Source: a virus
Lineage: Duplodnaviria; Caudoviricetes
Length of the DNA: 38,846 nt
IMG/VR virus record: IMGVR_UViG_3300016667_000248
Coordinates: 1 to 38,846 of that record
Reading direction: 5' to 3' (one strand)
Below are positions 18,008 through 30,000 of this stretch, in pieces. Below the pieces are notes generated by a model, which was given only the letters and a program-made list of their open reading frames with translations, was not told where the DNA came from and searched no databases. The stretch's first letter is position 1; each line of letters opens with the position of its first letter. A program made the translations under genes and the position numbers.

Positions 18008-21000
18008 CCCTGACATTGAACAGCAGATGGCGAAGTTTGCGCCATCAAGCAACCCGAGCATTGATACGGGGTCGGACATTGACCCGGATGCTGCCGCAAT
18101 TGCCAAAGCTGTTCTGCCGCAGGGTGCAAGCGAAGCTCGTCGGGTAGGGCCACCTGACATCGACCCGGATGCCGCCGCAATCGCCAATGCCAAGCAAAAC
18201 GCGCTCCGGTCCACGATGTACGGCGTGGCCGGGCAGAACCCCGATCAGGCTGCGGAAGCGCAGCGCATTGGTCGGGAGTTCGGCGTAAGCGGGGAGTTCG
18301 TTCTCCGCAACATGGAGGACATGAGGCGGATGCAGGCCATCCGCAGCGTGGAACGCCGGGAGTTGATGCAGCAGGATCCGATCCTGGCACGGTTCCTGAC
18401 CAACCAAGACTTTGCCGCACTCGCGCACGATGACCTAGACAACCTTTCGGCCACCGAGCGGATTTACAAGAACGCGGTTGATTTCGTCAACCCCAAGTCT
18501 TGGGACACCATCAAGGGTCGTTTTCAGCGTGGCATGGACTTGGTGGAGATGGGACGCGCCAACGATGTCATGGGCCTCCGGGCGCAATGGTCGCCCACGG
18601 CGCGTTCGTCAGCCGAGATCGCGGAGGAGATGAAGATCCTGCCCACGGACGGCGGGATCATCGGTTCGACAGCGGAAGTGCTTGGGCAGATGGTGGGCGG
18701 CATTCCCGAGGTCGTGGAAACGACGATGGCCGGCACAACGCTTGGCGGCGGTGTGGGCCTTGTTGGTGGCCCCCTGGCTCCCGCCACCGTGCCGGCAGGC
18801 ATGGCGTTGGGCGCAACCGCAGGACTTGCCACGGGCATGGCCCGTGTGGCAGCAATGTCCGAGGCTGGCAACGCCTTGCAGGAAATGCGTACCCACGCTT
18901 ATGGCGAAATTGAACGCCTGATGGGCGAGGGTTACAGCCGGGAACAGGCCACGCAGATGGTGGGGTACGACGATGCCACGGCGCAGAACTTTGCGATGGG
19001 CGTTGGCATCCTGAACGGCCTAATTGAAACCGCCTCGTTTGAGGTCATGGGGCCGGTCGCTAGGCGGCTCGTCGGCAATGTGATCCGCGAGAAGGTCAGC
19101 GAAGCAGTCATTCGCCCGACCATGCGGGGCGCGGTCATGCAGTTTGCCAAGGACTACCGCAATGCCGTCCTGACGGAAGGCGGCGAGGAGTTCTTGCAGC
19201 AATGGGTCGGCATCATTGGTGACGAAATGCAGCGCAAGTACGGCAGCAATCTGCCGTCCAGGTTTGACGATGAGGGGTCTGTCAAGGCTGCAATTGTCGA
19301 ATCGTTTGAAGCTGCGCTCGAGGGCGTGAAGGGCGCGATGCTGATCGGCGGCGTTGGCCCGACCGGCAACCTGTATTTTGACATGAAGCGTGCGCGGCAG
19401 TCCGTGCGGCAGCAGGCGTTCTTCAATCGCCTGACCGATGTTGCCAAGAACAGCAAGGTCAGGCAGCGCGACACCCCTGCCTACGAGAAGTTCATTGAAG
19501 GCCAGGTTGAAGGCAAGGACATCGACACGGTCTACATCGACGCGCAGCAGCTCAACGGTGTCCTGCGCCAAGCGGAGGTCAACGGCGTTGCAACGGCGGC
19601 AGAACTTGACCAACTCCTACCGGGCGTTCGCCAGCAACTCGCGGAGGCGTTGGAAACGAACGGCGATGTCACCGTCCCGATGTCGGTGTGGCAAGCTCGC
19701 GTGTCGGGAACAAAGGTGGGCGATGCCCTTCTTCCGCATGTGCGCCTAGCCCCTGATGCTTGGAGCGTCAATGAACGCCTGCAATGGGAGAAGAAGCGTG
19801 CCGCTTTGATGCAGGAAGCGGAAGAACTGCTTGACGAACAGGAAAAGAAGGACACCAAGGCACGGTCTGCGGCAGCGCAGATTGAAGATTCGATCAAGGA
19901 GCAGCTCGTTCAGTCCGGTGCAATGGATGACAAGGCTGCTGCAACAAACGCCAAGTTCTATCGAAGCCTAGTCATTGTCATGGCCGACAAGGCTGGCATG
20001 ACTCCCGAGCAGTTCCATGAGCAATATGGGATGCGCGTATTTGGAGTGCGTGATCAGCAGGCTAGTGAGACTGCAAATCAGGGCGGGCAGTTTGACCAAG
20101 TTTCGTTGGACATCATTGCACAGTTGAATGATGACGAATTGCGGCAGCTCATTGATTACGCATACGAAGTCAATGCAATTCAAAGCGATATTGACGCGCT
20201 AGAAACAGAATTGGATCGGCGCGAGGTGGAGGATGATGACCCATCCGGTGGTGAAGAAAAGGAAGGTGGCGAAGAAGAACGCGAATGGACAGGTATTGGG
20301 CTTGAGGAATTGATGCGCCAAGCGGCGCAGCAAGGTCGCCGCGACAACCTGACTCCAGAACAGCTTGGGGCATCAATCCGCAACGATGGCGATTTTGCCG
20401 TGATGTCTCAATCCGAAGCATTGGCATCCGTTACGGATGCCGAGCTTGGGCAAGAAGCGTATGACGCTTTGGCCTTGCACGAACAGCGCATCAACCACAT
20501 GCGAAAGCGGTTGGTCGCGCCGTCGCGCCTCACGCCAAACATTTTGGAACAGGTAGCGTCGATTGATCGCGCCTACATGGCGGCGGTCAAGAATGGCGAT
20601 TTGGCGTTGGCGCAGCGCATGGTGTTGGATGCAGCGAAAGCCGCCGGCTTCAACGCATTGGCCCATCATGGCACGGATGCGCGTCCGTTCACGGTGTTTG
20701 GCGAGAACGATTCCTACAATTGGGGGCAAGCGTTTTATTTCTCGCCCAACCTGGCTTACGCGCAGGAGTACGCGGAAAACGACCGTACAGGGCAGGGATT
20801 CCCACGGGTGATGAATGTTGCCCTGAATTTGGGCAGGGTGTTCTCGCCGGAATCAAACCCGCAGCATCTGAAGCTGTATCGCCAATGGGCAAAAGAACAA
20901 GAGCGCACTGGTAAAGGACATGGCGCGTTCTTTGTCAATGGGCCAATCAAGGAGCCGTATGGCGACACCAAGGCGCGAAATGTCATTGACTACGAAGATC

Positions 21001-24000
21001 AATGGTGGATTGTGGAGCGCATTTGGGAAGCAGGCTTTGATTCGTTCACGACATCGGAATCAGATGGGCAAACGATTGCATGGGGAGTCAAGCATCCCAA
21101 TCAGGTCAAGCTGATTGATCCCATCACGAAAGATGAAAACGGCAAGGTCATTCCGCTGTCAAAGCGGTTTGATTTGACCAAGCCAAGCATGTTGTTCCAG
21201 ATGGCCGCGCAGCTAGATGCGGAACACGCAGCCGCTGTTGCAAGTGGGAATATGGAATTGGCGCAGCGTCTGGTAGATGCAGCTGCCGAGCGTGCCGGTT
21301 TCACAAGGGTTGGGTTCCACGGAACTCGAGCGGAGTTCACTCCCGATTTTGCGTTTGACCCCAATCGGATTGGCTCTGCCAACGATGCCGGGTTCTACGG
21401 GCGCGGGTTCTATTTCGTCAACAGTTCCGGCGAAGCGGCGTATTACGGGCGCAATGTTGGGCAGTTTTATCTGCGGATGTCGAATCCGCTAGATGTGACC
21501 AATCGTTCCGGCGACCTGACTTACGAAGGGCATTTCCTGTCGTGGGCGCAGATCCTGGAACCGTTGGGACTGCTGAAGCCTGAATATCAGCAGGCGTTGG
21601 ATTCGCGGCGCAAGCTTGATGCGTGGGTCGAGGAAAACGCACGGGTGATTCCGTGGTCTGCAATGGGCCGCAACAACCAAGAGGTTGAAGGGTTTATTGC
21701 CAAGATTGCAGACCCGCGACCTTGGAACAAGGGGTATGAGATCACCGGGCGATTTGCCATTGCGGATGCGCCATCCACCCCGGAACAAGCCAAGGCCAAT
21801 CTCAAGGCGGTGTTGTTTGATGAGCTGTCCGGGTATGCGATCAACGGCGAATTGATTGCGCCGGATTACCCCAATCTTGCGTTGGGGAACACCACGCTGT
21901 CGGACTACATCCGCACCGAAGGAATGGCTCAAGAGCTGTCGAACGCCGCCAAGAAAGCGGGTTATGACTCCATCTTGGCCGGCGACGAAATGGTGGTGTT
22001 TGAACCCGAGCAGATCAAGGCGGCTGCACCCGATGCACGCGATGAACAGGGCAATTTGATCCCGCTGTCCAAGCGGTTCAACATCAAGAGCAAGCGCGTG
22101 TTTGAGCAAGCGGCCAAGCCAAGCAACACGCTTGGCGATTTCATTGAGATGAAGATTGGCATGAAGGATGCCGACTTCTACATCGTCAGGCGCGGAACGA
22201 AGGAGGCGGTGGGAACTCCAACCAAGGAATACAACCCGGAACACATCGGCGTTCGTGTGACCAGGACGGATCTGCTGTTGCCGGATTACCTGTTCTACAT
22301 GATGCAGTATGTGCATGGCCGTGGGTACTTTGCTCAACGCGCCACCGGCACGACCAAGCTCGTCAACATCAAGACTTCTGACATCGCGCAAATTGCCATT
22401 GGCAATCAGCAGTTTCAGCAGTCGGTGATTCCCGCGAATTTCTATTCGACGCTTGCCAGGCACATTGGCGGCATGAATGTCGATTTGACGGCGCAGTCTT
22501 GGAAGGAACGACTGCAAGGCTTGATCAACAAGGGGGCCATCAAGGAATCAGAAGTGGAGTGGAGCGGCATCCGCGAATGGCTTGACTTGCACACGCCGCA
22601 GCTGCCTGGCAATCGCATTTCCAATTTGGAAATCATGGATTTCTTGGCGCGAGAAGGCATTCAGGTCACACGCAACGAACGAGTCAGCAATGTTGAAGAA
22701 CTAGTGCGGGAAGCGGCCATCAACGCCGCAAACGATGCAGAAAACGATTTGAAGTTGCACGGCAAGCTCACGCCGGAAGCAGAGGAATTGCTGTCCTCGT
22801 ATCGCGTGCTTCAAGAAGCAAAGGCGGATCGCCAAGAACTGGCAGAAGTCAAATCCGAGATTGACGCGCTTCTCTACAAGGCATTTAGGGGAATTGCTTC
22901 CCGAGCTAACGGGCCGTTCACGGACTTTGATACCTACATCGAAGAACGGTACGAAGGCGGCAGCGAAGGCAAGGCAACCAAGTGGGAGAACTGGAAAACT
23001 GGAGGCGGAACGAACTATCGGGAAATCCTGTTGACGCTGGACGAGCAGCGCGATTTGCCGTCAGTTTCGGAACTGCGCGACCGTGCAGTCGCTGCATACC
23101 ACAAGGCTTCTGAAGAAGAACGCAACCTGGTTGACGCTCACATCAGAAAGATCATTGATTCTGAAGGCGTATCGTTTGCGTATGGAGTAAGCAAGAACTT
23201 TGTCAGCACCGAGGATTTCAAGGAAGGCACTTGGCCGGCTTGGATCACGGAATGGCGCAACGAAACGCAGCGAGTCGTAAAGATTCGCAGAGAGAAGCCG
23301 TATTTCCAAGGCAAGCACTGGTCCGAAAGCAATGTGATCGTTCACATTCGCACGACAGATCGCGTGACGGCTGACGGCAAGCGCATTCTGTTCATTGAGG
23401 AGATTCAGAGCGATTGGGCGCAGCGGGCTGCTGACGAAGGATTTGTCGGGCAGAAGGCCGAGGATCTAGACAAGATCAAGCAGCTTGAGGAGCAGTATCG
23501 CAATGCTCCATCGCAACAGTTGGCTGATCGAATTACCCGCTTGAACAAGCGGCTATCCACCGGGCAATACAACATTTCGCCAGGCCCGTTTGTCGAAACA
23601 ACGGATGCGTGGCTGTCGTTGGCTATCAAGCAGATCATCATGGAAGCCGTCAATGGTCGCTACGACGGTGTGATGATCATCAATGGCAAGCAGGCCAACG
23701 ACCTGTATTCGCAGGAAGAACAGGTTGAATCCATCGAAGTCATGCCGCATGAGCCTGGCGAAGATGGCTCGTATGGCCGGCATCTGACCATCAAGCTCAA
23801 GGCGCAAAAAGAACCTCTGACGCTGCAAATCACTTCTCGAGGCCGCATCTCGTCGGCAAGCCAGAATCGCGCCATGTTTGTTGGAGAGCCGTTGTCTGCC
23901 GTGGTGGGCAAGGAAATGGCCGAGCGCATCATGGATGTCAAGAACCCTGCGCTAGATGCGGAGGGTGTTGCGCGGCGGTCGGAGATTCTGCGCGGCTACA

Positions 24001-27000
24001 GCCCACAGATCCTTGAAGCCCTGAACAGGCAGCAAAAGGTGTGGAGTATGTCCGACGAAGAATTGGGCTTTGTCGAACAACCGTTCAATGAATGGCTGCA
24101 ACAGGGTGGTTGGTGGAGGGCTGCGGATTACGGCGAATACGACCAGGAACGGTATTTCCGGGGAACGACTGGCGATATGCAAACGGGCCAAGAGCTGCGT
24201 TCTAGGCACGCTGAACAGCAGCGCAATCTGCGTCATCATCTGCGAAACAGAATTGTTGACGAAGCCAACCAAACGGTGGCTGCGCTGCGTGACGAAAGCA
24301 ACCGGCTTGCGGATGCCGCATATCAGTTGCCGCAAATGTCGCCCGTGACTTTTACGGGCAAGGACATCAAGATTGGCGGTAAGGGTCTTGCAGCGTTTTA
24401 CGATCAGCTAGTGCCGATTGCCGTTGGCAAGATGATCAAGAAATACGGCGGCGGCGAAGTCGAAGTGATGTCATTGGCCGCGCAGAACGGCAAGCAGATC
24501 AGCAAGCGCGATGCGCGTGAGGTTGCCAAGCAATACATCGACGGTTCCATTGACGAAGCGGAAGTTCTGGACGAGCTTGGCATTGAATCCGAGATGACCG
24601 AAGATCAGGTCAGCGACATTCTTGGTGGACCGCATGGTGATTCTGCTAGTCGCAATGCCGTCATCAACGAGTTTGTTTCAACGATTGCAGCTCGCACATC
24701 TGGGCAACGCAAGTCCAAGAACAACGGATTTGTGATTACCGAGGCGATGCGGGACAAGGTGATGCCGGGCCTGCCGTTGTTCCAGCTTCCGAAGTTCAAC
24801 CTGTATTCGGCATTGGCGCAGCAAGTCGCGGCAATGCCTGACAAGCCGATGTCTGCGGAAACTTGGAATCAGCAGATCAAGAGCTGGCTGAACAAGGGGT
24901 TGATCAAGCGCGATGAGTTGGAATGGACGGGCCTTGAGGATTATTTGGCGATGCAGGAAGGCAAGATCGCCAAAGCCACCGTCATGTCGTTCCTGAACAA
25001 CGAAGGCGTTCAGGTGCAGCGCGTTCGCCTAGGGGAATTCTTGGCTGGCGATGCGCGGCAGCGTCAGCGTGCCGCCGAGTTCTTTGGGATGTTCCGAGAC
25101 AAGTATGGAACGGTGACCATTGACGGGCAAGAGATGTTTGACGATGACATCGGATTTGCGTTGCAGGACGGTTCGCTTGCCGTAGACCAGCTTCCGGTGG
25201 ATTTGCAGGAGCCGGCTAGGTTGTGGCTTGCTGCCGCTGACAACGCGAAGAACGAGCGGGAACTAGATAGATCCGGGCCGGCGCGGTTCAATCGTCCCGA
25301 CCTTGTACTGCCGGGAGGTCTGAATTACCGGGAAGTGCTTTTGACGCTTCCGCCGGAAACGCCTGGCATTGTGATGTCGGAAAATCAAGCGTTGCCGGAT
25401 GAACCCGAGTTCTACGAGCTGTCGTTTGCGAACATGAAGTTGCAGACTCCCGGCGGCAATCTGCGTGGCTATGTCGCTCAAAACGATGACGGGTCGTGGA
25501 GGGCGACATTCCAGGGGTCAACTACATACCGAGACAGCAAGCAGAGCGCAACGCTGTGGGTCAAGAATGAAATGGCTCGTATTGCGCCACGACTTGTCAA
25601 GCAGACAGGCTTTGAGGGAACGCATTGGGAAGGCATTCCGAATGTCGTTGTTCATCTGCGTTTGACGGATCGTGTTGACGAGAACGGCAAGACGGTTCTG
25701 TTTGTCGAAGAAGTGCAAAGCGATTGGGGGCAGAAAGGTCGCAAGAAGGGGTTTGTAGACAATCAGCAATACTTCACGACTGCGCGGCGGCTCGAGGTAC
25801 TGCAAGTGTCCAAGAGCGCGTTGTGGCCCCAGGTTCGCGTGCTTCTTGAGTCCGTTGACAACATGGGCTTTGACACCGCAGCAGAGGCGATGCGGTTCAT
25901 TTACGACATCCGTGTTGATCCTGCTACCGGAATCCCCTCTGCCGTGTCTGAAGATGGCAGTTCGTGGGAACTTGCGCCCCTGACGATGGATCAGGTCAAG
26001 CCGATACAGGATTATGTCGTGCTTGAAAACGAAGCACGAAAGCTCCGTGCGTATGTCAAATCGTTTGAGGGATCCATCCCTGCTGCGCCGTTTGTCGAAA
26101 ACACCGATGGATGGCTAAACCTTGGCCTCAAGCAAGTGCTGCTCGAGGCCGTCAGGGGTCAGTACGACAGGGTTGCGTTCATCACGGGCGAACAAAGCGC
26201 GGCACGGTATTCGCTTGAGTACCGAGTCAAGCGCATCGTGGTCACGCCACGCACTAGCGCGGTGTCGCAAGAAACGATGAAGAATGTCGCGCTTGAGCTT
26301 GCAAATGGCCGGATGTTGGAATTGACCGTCAACAGCAATGGTGTGGTTGACAAGGTCGGAAGCGAAATTGGCGAGGCTGGCCAGGCGTTTGTTGGAGAAC
26401 AGTTGGATGATGTGATCGGCAAGGAAATGGCAAGCAAGGTCATGCAGGCCGAGCGCGGAACCTTTGAAGGCGATGATCTGAAGGTTGGCGGCGAGGGCAT
26501 GAAGGCGTTCTACAACAGCATTGTGCCGGCGGCGATGAACAAGTTGCTCAAGAAGCTTGGCAAGGACAAGCTTGGCACGATGGAAATGCGTTCGACTAGG
26601 TCGTTGGAGCAGTTTGACATTGAGGAATACGCAGGCGCGTGGAGGCTTGTTGACCGCGCCAACAACCAGCCAGTGGCCGAAGCTCCGGTGTTCTCGTCAG
26701 GCGCAGATGCGGAAGCGTGGGTCAAGCAAAACGCGCAGCCGACAACTCACATGGCGGTGGATTTGACCCCGGAACTAGTTGCGAAGATTGCCTCGCAAGG
26801 CGGTTTCCCGTTGTTCCAGGCTGCTTTGCCGGAATCGGCAAGAGGTGGATTTGATCCTCGTCGCATGGCGTTGCTGCTTGGAGAAAAGGCAGACCTGTCA
26901 ACTTTCCTGCATGAATCAGCGCATTGGTATTTGACGGTGCTGTCGCAGTTGGCCGCAGATCCAACCGCCACCGATCAGGTCAAGAACGACATGAACACGC

Positions 27001-30000
27001 TGCTTGCGTGGTTTGGCGTGCCGGATCTTGCGACATGGAATCGCATGACGCTAGATGAGCAGCGCAAGTATCACGAACAGTTTGCGTACAACTTTGAGAT
27101 TTACATCTCGCAGGGAGTGGCTCCGAGCGTTGCCCTTGAAGGGATGTTTGAGCGGTTTGCCGCATGGCTCAAGAATGTCTATGCGTCGATTCGTGATGAG
27201 CTGAACGCGATCTACCGGCGTGAGTACGGCCAGGATCTTCCCATTATGACGGGCGAGGTTCGCCAGGTCATGGATCGAATGCTTGCCAGCGAAAGGCAGA
27301 TCCGCGAAGCGGAGGCCATCCGGGAAATGAAGCCGATGTTCCTCACGCAAGAGGAAAGCGGCATGGACGATGCCACCTGGAAGGCGTATCAGGACATGGT
27401 GGAGGAAGCCACCCAAGCAGCGATCACCGACATGACCAAGGCATCGGTCAGGCAGATGCAATGGCTGTCAGGCGCGAGAGCCAAGATCCTGCGCGACCTT
27501 CAGGCCCGGCATCGCAAGCTGCGAAAGGCCATGCGCGAGGAAGTCACGGAACAGGTCAGGCGCAGCCCCCTGTACCGGGCAATGGCGTTCATCCGCACCG
27601 GCAAGTCGATCAATGCCGATGGCACGGCAATCAAGGCTCTTGGGCTGCATCGCTTGGACATGGACGCAGTCCGCGCCATGTACCCGGAGGGAACGCCTGG
27701 GATGCCCGACATCACCGCCCTTGGCACGGGTGGCCGTGGCATGATGGGCGTGAACGGCCTGCCCCCCGACACCCTGGCAGAGTTGTTTGGCTACAGCAGC
27801 GGCGACGAGCTTGTCCGTGCGCTGATTGCCGCCAAGCCCATGCGCGAGGAAATCAACCGGATCGTGGATGACCGAATGCTCAAGGAGCATGGCGAACTGT
27901 CTGACCCGGAACAGATGGAGGTGGTCGTGCAGAAGGCACTCCATAACGAGGCACGGGCGCGGTTCGTGGCCGTGGAACTGCGATTCGTGACCAAGGCCAC
28001 CGAGCCGGCACGGATCATGGTTGGCGCAGCCAAGCAAGCCGCCAAGGAGATCCTGGGTCGGAAGCGGCTGCGGGACATCAAGGCCGGGCAGTTTGAGGCT
28101 GCGGAGTCCAAGGCGGCGCGGGATGCCCAGACGGCCTACGGTCGCCGGCAGACCCCCGATCAAATCGGCAAGGCGGCGTTTACCCGCGCCTACAACGAGG
28201 CCAAGGACAACGGGGCCGACGATGCCACCGCCACGGCTACGGCCACGGCAAAGGCCGCACAGGCCATTGCCAGGGCCACGGAGCGGCAGAAGGAGTACCA
28301 GGAGCGGTACGGCAACCGGAACCCGCAGGAGGTCATTGTCCGGGCCAAGAGGGCGCAGCTGATCAACAATCAGCTTGCCGGCCAGGCGGCGGCGGCAACC
28401 GAGGAAATCGCCAAGAAGGTGCGGTATCTGCGCCGCGTCCTGAACGCGGAAAATGTCAAGAAGATCGGCGCGGAACACGCCGATCAAATCGCACAGCTGC
28501 TCGAGAAGTTTGACTTGGCGCAGCGGTCGTTGAAGGCCATTGACACCCGCACCCGGTTTGCCGAATGGCTTGAGTCCAAGAGGGCGGAAGGCATTGAGCC
28601 GGAAATCCCCCTGTCGTTGGCCGGGGTGGAAAAGACCAACTACAAGAACCTCACGCTGAATGACTTCCGTGACCTGGTCATGGCGGTGCAGCAGCTTGAG
28701 TTCATGGGCAAGAACCACCGCAAGGTTCTGTTGGCCGCGCAGCAGAAACAGTTTGAGGAGCAGCGCGACGAGATTGTTCAGTCCATCAAGGACAATGCCA
28801 AGGGCCGAAAGTCCAAGGCCCGTTCGGCCAGGAACGACCAGGAACGCCGCCGGCAGGGCTTGAAGGGCTTTGCCGCCTCGCACCTGAATGTCGCCACCAT
28901 CGTCAGGATCTTGGACGGCGGCAAGGACAACGGGCCGCTGTGGCGTTACCTGATCCGCACGGCCAACGAACGCGCCGACATGGAAACCACCATGAGGGCC
29001 AAGGCCACCGAAACCCTAGCTGCGATCTTCAAGCCCATTCTTGCGAAGGACAAGATGGGCGGCAAGGGAATGTTCTTTGACAGCGTCAACGACAGCTTCA
29101 ACCTGGAATCGCGGATGGTCATTGCCCTGAACATGGGCAACGCCGGCAACATGCAGCGTCTGCTTGACGGCGAAGGATGGACGATGGAGCAGATTCGTCC
29201 CATCCTGGAGTCGCTGACCAAGGAACAATGGGAAGCCGTGCAGAAGGTGTGGGACTTCCTTGAGTCGTACCGTCCGCTGATTGCGGAGAAGGAACGCAGG
29301 ATCTATGGCAAGGAACCGGAGTGGGTTGAGCCGCAGCCAATCACGGTTGTCACCAAGGACGGGGCAACGCTCACCCTACGGGGCGGGTACTACCCGATCA
29401 AGTACGACCCCCGCGCAAGCCGGCGGTCGGAATCGCTTGAGCTTGCAGAAGCAGCCAAGCGAGACATGGCAGCGGCGTTCTCAAGCGCAACGACCCGCCG
29501 CACCTTTACCAAGAACCGTTCGGAAAAGGTAGTCAACAGGCCGCTGATGTACACGCTTGACGCGATGTACAACGGCGTGTCGGATGTCATTCACGACCTT
29601 TCCTGGCATGAATGGCTGATCGACGCAAATCGCCTGGAACGATCCGACCTGTTCTATGACGCAATCAACACGACCTACGGCAACGAGTTTGTTTCGCAGA
29701 TTAGGGCGTGGATCAAAGATGTCGCCGCCGGCGAACAGTCGGCGCAGCACTCTCTCGAGGTGGCCTTGGCGTTTGGCCGGCGCAACATCGGCCTGATGCA
29801 GATGGGCATGAACCTGATGAGCGGGGCATTGCAGGTCACGGGCTACGCGCAGTCCGTGGTGCGTGTCGGTGCAAAGTGGATGGGACGCGGAATGTCCAAG
29901 ACCTTTGCCAGCCCCAAGGCGGCAAACGAGCTTGTCAATTCCAAGTCCACCTTCATGGCGAATCGCGGCAGGACGCAGTTCCGAGAGATTGCGGAAATCA

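Noticed and set aside
28221-28260. GCCACC/GCCACG short tandem repeats (ATATATATA peptide)
   Set aside because: Low-complexity coding linker; no spacers, so not CRISPR, and too degenerate to call a contingency locus.
27468-28883. Long antisense or opposite-strand ORFs (also 7035-8120, 12001-13116, 21489-22517, 36223-37512)
   Set aside because: Mirror frames of strongly supported genes, expected in GC-rich DNA with few stop codons.
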